DNA of 64,000 bases from an uncultured Acidobacteriaceae bacterium (lineage in GTDB: Bacteria > Acidobacteriota > Terriglobia > Terriglobales > Acidobacteriaceae): the NCBI GenBank assembly GCA_963755925.1, contig CAVWLH010000004.1:14858-78857 (forward strand). The letters are read 5' to 3'. Below the pieces are notes generated by a model that was not told the DNA's origin, did no database searches, and saw only the letters and a list, made by a program, of their open reading frames with translations. A program made the translations under genes and the position numbers. The first letter of the stretch is position 1; the number at the start of each line of letters is the position of its first letter. Positions 47,747 to 55,644 of this stretch are shown in pieces.

Positions 47747-48136
47747 ATGGAAGGGGAAGGCTTGCGCACATTAATTGTGGATGACTCTTCGGTGATGCGA
47801 AAGATTGTGGCGCGCGCGCTGCAGCAGGGTGGAGTCTCCAGCGGCGAGATCCTGGAAGCGGGCAACGGCGCCGAGGCCCTGGAGATCCTGCGCAACCAGA
47901 AAGTGGACCTGGTGCTCAGCGACATCAATATGCCGGTGATGGATGGGCTGGAATTCGTACGCCAGTTGCAGAGCGTGGAAAATGCCAAAGGTACACCGGT
48001 GGTGATGATCACCACCGAAGGCAGCGAGTCGCATGTGATGCAGGCAATTTCGTTCGGGGCACGGGGGTACATTCGCAAACCCTTTACCCCGGACCAGATG
48101 AAGCAGCACGTGCTGCCCTTGCTGCAGAAGGGATAG
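47747..48136 (+). CDS. cheY: CheY-like single-domain response regulator
   Basis: LIVDDSSVMRKIV...DLVLSDINMPVMDG...VVMITTEG...YIRKPF. The Asp pocket, phospho-acceptor D, T and K are all present. 129 aa. Confidence 0.88.
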   Translation: MEGEGLRTLIVDDSSVMRKIVARALQQGGVSSGEILEAGNGAEALEILRNQKVDLVLSDINMPVMDGLEFVRQLQSVENAKGTPVVMITTEGSESHVMQAISFGARGYIRKPFTPDQMKQHVLPLLQKG

Positions 48137-48158
48137 AGCTTCGCCCGCGAAGAGCAAT

Positions 48159-48243
48159 ATTCACCACAGAGACACAGAGGACACGGAGTTTGGAGTTTAT
48201 TTCCTGGTCCTTTCTCCGCGTCCTCAGTGCCTCGGTGGTGAAT
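48159..48243. repeat. 30-bp inverted repeat of the ATTCACCACRGAG family with a 25-nt loop
   Basis: attcaccacagagacacagaggacacggag (48159..48188) pairs with ctccgcgtcctcagtgcctcggtggtgaat (48214..48243). It sits 23 nt after the cheY stop. Partial copies lie at 3904..3922, 4855..4872 and 58294..58324. Confidence 0.9.
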
Positions 48244-48465
48244 GGCGGTTGCTTTCTGTTCAATATTTCCATAAAGACAGATACACTGAATCAGAATGCC
48301 CATTGCGGGGCCTGGGAGGGCCCTACGATCGACTAGTGGGTGCCTGGAGGTATCTAGGGCTGCCTGAAGCCGTGAAACGCGCCAGAAGGGCTGCAAACGC
48401 CAGCACAGCGGTTTCCCGATATGGAACTGGATGCCGGCCAGTTTTTCCTCGAAAGTACGCATGGG

Positions 48466-48599
48466 CTAGTGGTCAGTGGCCAGTGATCAGGGACCAGAAG
48501 AAAGGCCTGGCGCGCTCTGGGCGAGAATTTGGGTATCCTCACAACGGGCCACTGGCCACTAACCCAGTCCCCAGTCCCCAGCCCCCAGTCCCCAGCCCC
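48466..48599. repeat. 7-bp-period arrays: CTAGTGG TCAGTGG CCAGTGA TCAGGGA (48466..48493) and CCACTGG CCACTAA CCCAGTC x2 CCCAGCC CCCAGTC CCCAGCC (48549..48599)
   Basis: Read directly from the sequence. The first array and the start of the second are reverse complements (TAGTGGtCAGTGGCC versus TAGTGGcCAGTGGCC). The C-rich part is equivalent to the CCCCAGT heptamer. Confidence 0.95.
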
Positions 48600-48666
48600 T
48601 TTCTTAACCCAATCTAATCTCCCTCCCTGCTAAGTGCTTGAATTCCGCTCTGCCGCCTCTTTGCTT

Positions 48667-48682
48667 TGGCCTCCTCATTGCA
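48667..48682 (+). promoter_or_regulatory. sigma54-type -24/-12 promoter candidate upstream of flgF
   Basis: TGGCCTCCTCATTGCA fits TGGC-N7-TTGCA with canonical GG-N10-GC spacing. It lies 24 nt upstream of the flgF ATG and just before GGAG (48694..48697). Confidence 0.45.
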
Positions 48683-48705
48683 TTCATATCCACGGAGCGC
48701 ATTTC

Positions 48706-49440
48706 ATGGACAGCGGACTTTATGCAGCCTGTGCCGGATTGGTGGCACGCACCCAGGCGCTGGATGTCGTGGCCAGTAATCTGGCCAACGTCAATACCAA
48801 CGGATACAAGGCGCAAGTTGCTACCTTTCGCTCGGTGCTGGCCAAGGCTGACGCCAGCGTAAGCACCAATCCCATTGCGCAGGCGGTCAACGATTTTGGC
48901 GTACTGGGAGGCACACGCACCAATCTGCTGCAAGGCAGTCTGGACCATACCGGCAGCGATCTGGATTTTGCCCTGCAAGGCGAGGGCTGGTTCGCAGTGC
49001 AGACCGGGAATGGCAAGCTTTATACCCGTAACGGAAACTTCCATGTCGACCCTACCGGACACCTGGTCACTGCCGACGGCAATACGGTGCTGGGGACGCA
49101 AGGGCCAATCACCATCCCGCCAGGCAAGCTGGATGTCAGCGATGACGGGACCATATCGGTGGACGGCGCGCTGGCCGGTCAAGTCCAGGTCGTCGACTTC
49201 GCTTCCGGGACCGCGTTGACCCTGGCCGGAAGCAGTTATTTTTCCGCTCCGGCGGGCAGCGAACATAACAGCAGGGCCAATATCGTGCAGGGTTCGCTGG
49301 AAAACAGCAACGTCAACCCTATCTCCGCGGCCGTGGACCTGGTGACCCTGCAGCGCCATGCCGACCTGCTGCAACAGGCGCTTACCGCCTTTCATTCCAA
49401 CTTCAACCGCATTGCGGCCCAGAACCTGCCGCAGATCTGA
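48706..49440 (+). CDS. flgF: flagellar basal-body rod protein FlgF
   Basis: MDSGLYAACAGLVARTQALDVVASNLANVNTNGYK ... GSLENSNVNPISAAVDLVTLQRH. These are the rod-family N- and C-terminal motifs. 244 aa. Confidence 0.88.
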   Translation: MDSGLYAACAGLVARTQALDVVASNLANVNTNGYKAQVATFRSVLAKADASVSTNPIAQAVNDFGVLGGTRTNLLQGSLDHTGSDLDFALQGEGWFAVQTGNGKLYTRNGNFHVDPTGHLVTADGNTVLGTQGPITIPPGKLDVSDDGTISVDGALAGQVQVVDFASGTALTLAGSSYFSAPAGSEHNSRANIVQGSLENSNVNPISAAVDLVTLQRHADLLQQALTAFHSNFNRIAAQNLPQI

Positions 49441-49449
49441 GGTCCGGAA

Positions 49450-50241
49450 ATGTTTCGCGCGCTCTATACCGCCGCTACCGGAATGATGGCCCAGCAACTG
49501 AACCTGGACAACGTGGCCAACAACCTGTCGAACTCCAGCACTGCCGGCTTTCGCAGCCGCCGGCTCCAGTTTGAGGACCTCATCTATCAGAACCTGGTGA
49601 CCCCGGGGGCAGCGGCCACGCAAAGCACCACGGTGGATTCCGGACTGCAGATCGGACTGGGCACGCGCACCGCCGCCTCGGAGGTGATCCAGACCCAGGG
49701 CGATTTCGATAACACCGGCAATCCCCTGGACATGGCCATCCAGGGTGCGGGCTTCTTTCAGATCAAAATGCCGGACGGGAGCACAGCCTACACCCGTTCC
49801 GGGATGTTCCATCTTGATAACCAGGGAAACATGGTGACGGCCGACGGCAATCCGCTCGATCCCCAGGTCACGATTCCGGCCGACGCCCTGACGGTGACGG
49901 TAGGCACCGACGGCACGGTCAGCGTCACCCAGCCCGGCCAGACCCAGGCGCAGCAGGTTGGCGCCATACAGCTGGCGACCTTTCAGAATCCCGGCGGGCT
50001 GAACAGCGTAGGCGGAAACATGTTTCTGCAAACCACCGCTTCCGGAGATCCCATTGTCGGCACCCCGGGTGGCGCTGACGGGTTAGGGACCCTGCAGCAG
50101 GGCATGCTGGAGCAGTCCAACGTGAACGTGGTGCAGGAGTTTATTCAGATGATCGTGGCCCAGCGCTCTTATGAGGCGAATTCGCGGGTGATCACCGCCG
50201 CCGATCAGATGCTGCAGGAACTCAACAACTTGTCCCACTAG
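49450..50241 (+). CDS. flgG: flagellar distal rod protein FlgG
   Basis: MFRALYTAATGMMAQQLNLDNVANNLSNSSTAGFR ... GMLEQSNVNVVQEFIQMIVAQRSYEANSRVI. 263 aa. Confidence 0.92.
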   Translation: MFRALYTAATGMMAQQLNLDNVANNLSNSSTAGFRSRRLQFEDLIYQNLVTPGAAATQSTTVDSGLQIGLGTRTAASEVIQTQGDFDNTGNPLDMAIQGAGFFQIKMPDGSTAYTRSGMFHLDNQGNMVTADGNPLDPQVTIPADALTVTVGTDGTVSVTQPGQTQAQQVGAIQLATFQNPGGLNSVGGNMFLQTTASGDPIVGTPGGADGLGTLQQGMLEQSNVNVVQEFIQMIVAQRSYEANSRVITAADQMLQELNNLSH

Positions 50242-50314
50242 GGACTGGGGACTTGGGGCTGGGGGCCAGTTGCTTTTGCTAATTGCTAACTGCTAATTGC
50301 TAATTGCTGATCTG
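50241..50314. repeat. 7-bp-period arrays: GGGACTG GGGACTT GGGGCTG GGGGCCA (50241..50268), then TAATTGC TAACTGC TAATTGC TAATTGC TGATCTG (50280..50314)
   Basis: Read directly from the sequence. The G-rich part is the reverse complement of the C-rich array at 48563..48599. It fills the gap between the flgG stop and the flgA RBS. Confidence 0.95.
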
Positions 50315-50322
50315 GAGGCCCG

Positions 50323-50940
50323 GTGCGGCACACAGAATATCCCGCCTGCAGGCTGGCGCAAAGTCTGCTGGTGCTGGTCGCACTGGCGGCCATGGCGCAA
50401 ATGGTATGGGCGCTGCCAAAGCCATCGCCCCTTCAGCAGCAGGCAGCCGAGGCGGTGGTCCGCGACATGAAATTGGAATCGGAAAGCACGCTGGTGGAGC
50501 AGAACCTCGAGGTGCTGGCGCCTTTCACTTCGCTGCCGGCAGGCTCGGCCCTGCACGTGATTTCCGCTCGCGCCGGTTTCACCCCTGGCACCTGGATATT
50601 GCGTCTGGACTGCGCTTCGCGGCGCGACTGCCTGCCCTTTCATGCGGTACTGCGCCTGCCGGAAGGCGAGCGTCTGCTTTCGCCCGACGGCGGCTCGCTT
50701 ACAGCGAAGCTTCCCACCATCCCGGCTGGCCGGGTATCAGGCCCTGGGGCTCTGGTCCGCCGCGGGGCTCAGATGGAACTGGTGGAGGAGCTGCCCGGAG
50801 TGCGGCTGCGGGCGACGGTAGTTTGTCTGGAGTCGGGCGGGCTGGGCGATCGCATTCGGGTCGAGAACCGCGACACCCATCGCGTGGTGCTGGCGACGGT
50901 CGCAGGCCCCGAGCTGGTGCTGGTGAAGGTGGCGCCATGA
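50323..50940 (+). CDS. flgA: flagellar P-ring assembly chaperone FlgA
   Basis: Signal peptide. The C-terminal SAF-like segment RRGAQMELVEELPGVRLRATVVCLESGGLGDRIRVENRDTHRVVLATV is FlgA-like. GTG start after GGAGG. Confidence 0.8.
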   Translation: MRHTEYPACRLAQSLLVLVALAAMAQMVWALPKPSPLQQQAAEAVVRDMKLESESTLVEQNLEVLAPFTSLPAGSALHVISARAGFTPGTWILRLDCASRRDCLPFHAVLRLPEGERLLSPDGGSLTAKLPTIPAGRVSGPGALVRRGAQMELVEELPGVRLRATVVCLESGGLGDRIRVENRDTHRVVLATVAGPELVLVKVAP

Positions 50941-51683
50941 GCCCGACAGTGAGGCAGACAAGGCCGGGAGCGAAAACGCTGTACCGGGCGCTGCTACTGG
51001 TTCTGGCGTTGAGTTGCAGCCTTGTCTTTGCCACCGCAAGCAATACCAAGAGCAAGAAGAGTCCCGCGCAGCCGCTGACCTCGCTGCAACAGTTTCTGAC
51101 CCGCGTCCAGGGACAGCCGGTACCGGTGACCACTTCTCCCGGCAGCCTGTGGCCGCTTCAGGGCAGCCTGCTTACCGACCTGGCGACGGACTACAAGGCG
51201 CGCCGGCTGAATGACCTCGTCATCATCAGCATTGTGGAGCAGACCCTGGCGCAGGCCGAGCACGATGTGACGGCGCAGCGGGCCTTTACCTCCAGCTCCG
51301 GTATGACCGCCATCGCCGGTCAAGTCAATACGGCGTCGTTTAATCCCCTCTATGGTCTGACTTCCAGCAGCAACCTGAAGGGCGGCGGCGCCGCCAACAG
51401 CACTACGCTATTGCAGGCCAATATTTCCGGGCGCGTAGTGGCCGTGCTGCCCAATGGCAATCTGGTGGTCGAGGCCGAACGCCAGGTCAGCTTCAATCAG
51501 GAGACCCAGACCATTATTCTGCGCGGCGTGGTGCGTCCCGGCGACATTCTCTCCAACAATTCGGTGCTTTCCACTTCGCTCAGCGATCTGGAACTGGAAG
51601 TGAAAGGCAAAGGCGTGGTCAGCGACGCCGTCCGCCAGCCCAACGTATTCGTCCGCCTGCTGATGAAGCTGTTGAACTTCTGA
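50937..51683 (+). CDS. flgH: flagellar L-ring lipoprotein FlgH
   Basis: The ATG overlaps the flgA stop. Lipobox is LALSC. GSLW......L..D.KARRLNDLVII.I.E and LRGVVRPGDI are FlgH motifs. Confidence 0.9.
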   Translation: MSPTVRQTRPGAKTLYRALLLVLALSCSLVFATASNTKSKKSPAQPLTSLQQFLTRVQGQPVPVTTSPGSLWPLQGSLLTDLATDYKARRLNDLVIISIVEQTLAQAEHDVTAQRAFTSSSGMTAIAGQVNTASFNPLYGLTSSSNLKGGGAANSTTLLQANISGRVVAVLPNGNLVVEAERQVSFNQETQTIILRGVVRPGDILSNNSVLSTSLSDLELEVKGKGVVSDAVRQPNVFVRLLMKLLNF

Positions 51684-52813
51684 TGCTGATGAGATCAAGC
51701 CTCAAACTCGGATTGACCCTGTGCTGGCTGCTCGGCGTTTTCGCCGCGCCGTTTCTCCTGGCGCAGGAGTCTACTACCCACCTTCCCATTCGTGATCTGG
51801 CGTCGATCGAAGGTGTGCGCGAGAATCCGCTGATCGGCTATGGCATGGTAGTTGGCCTGGCCGGCACCGGCGACCGCCAGCAGACCATGTTCAGCGTGCA
51901 GACCCTGGCCAACATCCTGCAAAAGATGGGAGTACAGATTCCGGTGGCGTCGGTGAGCGTGAAGAACGTGGCTGCGGTCTTCGTGACCGCTTCGCTGCCT
52001 GCCTTCGCGCGACCGGGAACGCAAATCGACGTTACGGTATCTTCCATCGGCGACGCCAAAAGTCTGGAAGGCGGCACCCTGCTGCTGGCCCCGCTCTATG
52101 CCGCCGATGGCCAGGTCTATGCCGAAGCCCAGGGCGCGGTCACGCTGGGGGGATACACCGCGGGCAAGTCCGGAGCAAATTCCAAGCAAGTCAATCATCC
52201 CACCGCGGGCCGGATCCCCAATGGCGCGCTGGTGGAACGCGATGCCTCCATCGACCTGCGTAAGCTGACCCAGATCTCGCTGCTGGTGCGCGATCCCGAC
52301 TTTCGCATTACCCGCGACATGGCGGCGGCCATCAATCAGGAAGTGGGACATCCCATGGCGACTGCCATCGACAGTGGGCGGGTGGAGTTGCAGGGGATGC
52401 CGTCGACCGGACTCCCGGAGTTGCTGGCGCGGTTGTTGAACCTGAGAGTTGAGATCCATCCCCGCGCCCGGGTGGTGGTCAGCGAACGTACTGGGACCAT
52501 CGTCATGGGCCGGGACGTGCGGCTGAGTGCGGTCTCCATCCTGCATGGCGATCTGTCGATCGAGATTGCCACGGAATACCAGGTCTCGCAGCCCTTGCCT
52601 TTCAGCAATACCGGGCAGACCACCGTCGTGCCCCAGACCACGGTGGAGAGCAAGGACGAGAAGGTCAAGCGCATCGAGTTGGGCGAAGGCGCCAGCGTGG
52701 AGCAACTGGTGAATGGGCTGCAAGCTATTGGAGCGACAGCGCGCGACGTGGTCGCCATCCTGCAAGCCATCAAGGCAGCGGGAGCGCTGGAAGCCGATCT
52801 GGAGGTGATCTGA
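51683..52813 (+). CDS. flgI: flagellar P-ring protein FlgI
   Basis: Signal peptide. IRDLASIEGVRENPLIGYGMVVGLAGTGD ... VNGLQAIGATARDVVAILQAIKAAGAL. 376 aa. Confidence 0.93.
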   Translation: MLMRSSLKLGLTLCWLLGVFAAPFLLAQESTTHLPIRDLASIEGVRENPLIGYGMVVGLAGTGDRQQTMFSVQTLANILQKMGVQIPVASVSVKNVAAVFVTASLPAFARPGTQIDVTVSSIGDAKSLEGGTLLLAPLYAADGQVYAEAQGAVTLGGYTAGKSGANSKQVNHPTAGRIPNGALVERDASIDLRKLTQISLLVRDPDFRITRDMAAAINQEVGHPMATAIDSGRVELQGMPSTGLPELLARLLNLRVEIHPRARVVVSERTGTIVMGRDVRLSAVSILHGDLSIEIATEYQVSQPLPFSNTGQTTVVPQTTVESKDEKVKRIELGEGASVEQLVNGLQAIGATARDVVAILQAIKAAGALEADLEVI

Positions 52814-52814
52814 C

Positions 52815-53187
52815 ATGCTACCTGCCATAACCGGGCAAAATCCGCTACCGTCGGCTAGCAGTAGTAGCGCGGCCGCGCCTTCTCCCGAAGCTGGTGAAGG
52901 CGGCACACGAGTTCGAGTCCATCCTGCTCCAGAGCTGGATGGAGAAGATGAATAAAAGCTTTCTGGGGACGGAAGAGAGCCAGGACCCGGCCCACGATAC
53001 GGTAAGCAGCCTGGGGACCCAGGCCATTGCCACCGCGCTTTCGGCGCGGGGAGGCATTGGCATTGCCACCATGATCCTGCGGCAGCTTCAGCGCCGAGCG
53101 CAGCCGGGCCCGGATCAGGATAAAGACAACGACGGGGAAGGAAAACTGCCGCATGCGGCTAATCTCATCGAAGGGACGGGCCGATAG
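52815..53187 (+). pseudogene. flgJ: rod-binding protein (FlgJ N-terminal-domain type, no muramidase), 5' end frame-shifted in this sequence
   Basis: The ATG at 52815 directly follows the flgI stop (MLPAITGQNPLPSASSSSAAAPSP). The conserved KAAHEFESILLQSWMEKM lies in ORF 52894..53187. One switch near 52885. Confidence 0.7.
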
Positions 53188-53227
53188 GGATGCCAGGGGG
53201 ATTGGGAAGAATTCGCCTGTCCGGCAT

Positions 53228-53254
53228 TAAAGTCTTGCCGCCAATTGCCGATCC
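53228..53254 (+). promoter_or_regulatory. sigma28 promoter candidate for flgM (TAAAG-N14-GCCGATCC)
   Basis: TAAA at 53228..53231 and GCCGAT at 53247..53252, with exact 15-nt spacing. It lies 40 nt upstream of the flgM ATG. Confidence 0.6.
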
Positions 53255-53292
53255 CATACTTGTAAGGCAATCCCGTGGAACGAGGTTCTGCA

Positions 53293-53601
53293 ATGAGAAT
53301 TGACTTAGATCCGTCTGCGATGCCAGAGCTGACGCGCAGCAACGGTTCGGCGGCCGCAGCCCCGGCCGGACAGCCGGCCGTCACCAATCCAGCCAGGACG
53401 CCTCCGACGATGTAGCCAGTCTGTCGACGGGCAGTGACTTCCGTGCAGAAATTGAAGGCGCAACTCGATGCCGTTCCCGATGTCCGGCAGCAGCTGGTGG
53501 AAGCGCTGCGCCAGACGGTCGCGGCAGGCAGCTATACCGCCTCTCCGCAGCATATTGCGCAAGCCATGCTGGAGGGCGAGAGCCTGACACCCGGGAAGTA
53601 A
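53293..53601 (+). pseudogene. flgM: anti-sigma28 factor FlgM, hidden by two compensating indels (absent from the ORF track)
   Basis: ATG 53293 gives MRIDLDPSAMPELTRSNGSAAAAPAGQPAVTNPA. The middle reads QDASDDVASLSTGSD in the -1 frame. The tail VQKLKAQLDAVPDVRQQLVEALRQTVAAGSYTASPQHIAQAMLEGESLTPGK-stop (TAA 53599) is back in the ATG frame. The tail is a textbook FlgM sigma28-binding region. Confidence 0.8.
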
Positions 53602-53895
53602 AGCCTAGCTTCCCTGAGTTGCAGGAGGTGTTCCTGTGGAGTTCAGCACCGGCCGCCTGGAAGCGTCGACGCGGATTGCAGAGCGTTCTTCCGGCCAGCC
53701 CGGCGAGGAAGGTCGGCAGCGTGCGCCCCGCCGTCACCGGGAAACCCGCTGGCGGACGATGAGGTATTGACGGAGGAAGAGACCGAGGGCCATCAACTGG
53801 ACGACCTGGCCTGAGGGAGGCGCAACCATGACCAGCCTTGCCGCGGCGGGAAACACAGCCGCAGTCAAGCCATCCCGCCACCCCCGCTGTCCCAG

Positions 53896-54258
53896 ATGGA
53901 TCGGCAACTGGTGCTGCTGGAGACCTTGAAGTCTTTGCTGGACGAGGCCATGCGCTCGCTCAGCGGTGGTGAAGCCTTGCCGCTGCTGGAGGTGAGCCGC
54001 CAGATCAAGCCTGACGGCGCAGGAACTGACCACGCTTTGTCCTGCACATGGGCTGTCTTCCCTGGACGCGCGGAAGCCCAACAGCGACGGCGAAAGCTGC
54101 TGGCGGAGCTGAGTCAGCAACGCGCCTTTTGCCGCGCCATGTTACGGCGCTGGCGTCGCTCCATTGTGTTGCGGCAGCAGCTGCTTGGGTTGCAAGACGA
54201 GCCTGTGCCTTATACCGAATCCTTGACCCTGGGTTCTTTGCCTACGGATTGGAGCTGA
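53896..54258 (+). CDS. flgN: FlgN-like flagellar export chaperone
   Basis: It lies directly upstream of flgK. MDRQLVLLETLKSLLDEAMRSL... is a helical FlgN-like N-terminus. An SD-preceded ATG at 53828 in another frame may be the true start if one more indel is present. Confidence 0.55.
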   Translation: MDRQLVLLETLKSLLDEAMRSLSGGEALPLLEVSRQIKPDGAGTDHALSCTWAVFPGRAEAQQRRRKLLAELSQQRAFCRAMLRRWRRSIVLRQQLLGLQDEPVPYTESLTLGSLPTDWS

Positions 54259-54259
54259 G

Positions 54260-55644
54260 ATGGGCGGACTCACCGGCACCATGTGGATTGCGCTGAATGC
54301 CCTGCAGGCGCAGCAGCTGGGAACGGAAACCAGCGCCAACAACGTCGCCAACCTGAATACGCCGGGTTACAGCCGGGAGGTGCCGGTGCTACAGGAAGCC
54401 GACCCTTTCGTCGAGGGCAATCTGGTATTGGGCGGCGGCGTCCAGGTCGAGGGCATCCAGAGTTTGCGCGACAGCCTGCTGGACCTTCAGATCAGCGAGG
54501 AAACTCAACAGCAGGGCAATTCGCAAGCCTACGTGAACGCCATGAACCAGGTGCAGACTCTTTTCCCCGACGACACTACCGGTATCGGCCAGCAGATCAG
54601 CGCCTTCTTCCAGAGCGTGAATAGTCTTTCCACCGATCCTTCCGACATCTACCTTGCGCCAGGGCGTGCTCACCGCGGCCCAGAACATGGCCACCTCCTT
54701 CAACGACACCGCCGGCCAGTTGACCGATATACGTCAGCAGCTCGACAGCCAGGTGCAGCAGCAGGTGCAGCAAGTCAATCAGATTACGCAGCAGATCGCG
54801 ACCATCAATGCCCAACTTACCAGTGTCGCCAGCGCCACCCAGGAATATGGGGCCTTCATCGACCAGCGCAGCGAGCTCATCCAGCAACTCTCCGGCCTCA
54901 TCGACGTTTCGCAATTAAGCGATGGCACCTCCCTGACCTTGACCACCAAACAAGGGACTGCGCTGGTGGTTGGCGGCCAGTCCTATGCCCTGAGCACGAC
55001 GCTGGGCACGGATGGTGTGCAGCACATTTTCTCCGAGCAAGGCCAGGACATCACCGGGGATATTTCCGGCGGCCAGCTCGGCGGCACCCTCGCGGCCCGC
55101 GATCAGACCATACCTTCCCTGCAAACCCAGCTGGATTCCTTGGCCGGCGGCATGGTGACGGCCTTGAACAACGCCCAGTCGCAGGGCACGGACATGTATG
55201 GCAATTCCGGCCAGGATTTGTCCAATCTGTTCGAACCGATTACCGGCACCGGCGCGGCCGCCGATATGGCGTTGGCCATCAGCGACCCTAACCTGATCGC
55301 CGCCAGCTCCGACGGCAGCCAGGGCAGCAACGGCAATCTGGCGAACTTCACGGCGGTGGCCAGTGCCGACGTCTCCAACGGCATGACGCCCAGTGGCGCT
55401 TACAGCAATCTGGTTTTTCAGGTAGGCACCGCGGTCAGCAATCAGACCAGCGAACTCGGAGCCAGCAATGCCATGCTGACGCAACTGACAACAGCAACAG
55501 TCGTCGGTCAGCGGGGTCTCGCTCGACCAGGAGGCATCCAGCCTGCTGCTGTATCAGCAGGCCTATCAGGCCTCGGCCCAGGTCATCACCACGATCAATC
55601 AGATGCTTGAAACCGTCCTCAACATGGGAGCCGGTTCTTCATGA
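54260..55644 (+). pseudogene. flgK: flagellar hook-associated protein 1 FlgK, frame-disrupted in this sequence
   Basis: N-terminus ALNALQAQQLGTETSANNVANLNTPGYSR (ORF 54260..55291). The middle lies in ORF 54654..55610. The C-terminus SGVSLDQEASSLLLYQQAYQASAQVITTINQMLETVLNM lies in a third frame and ends at TGA 55642..55644. Switches near 54650 and 55490. Confidence 0.88.
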
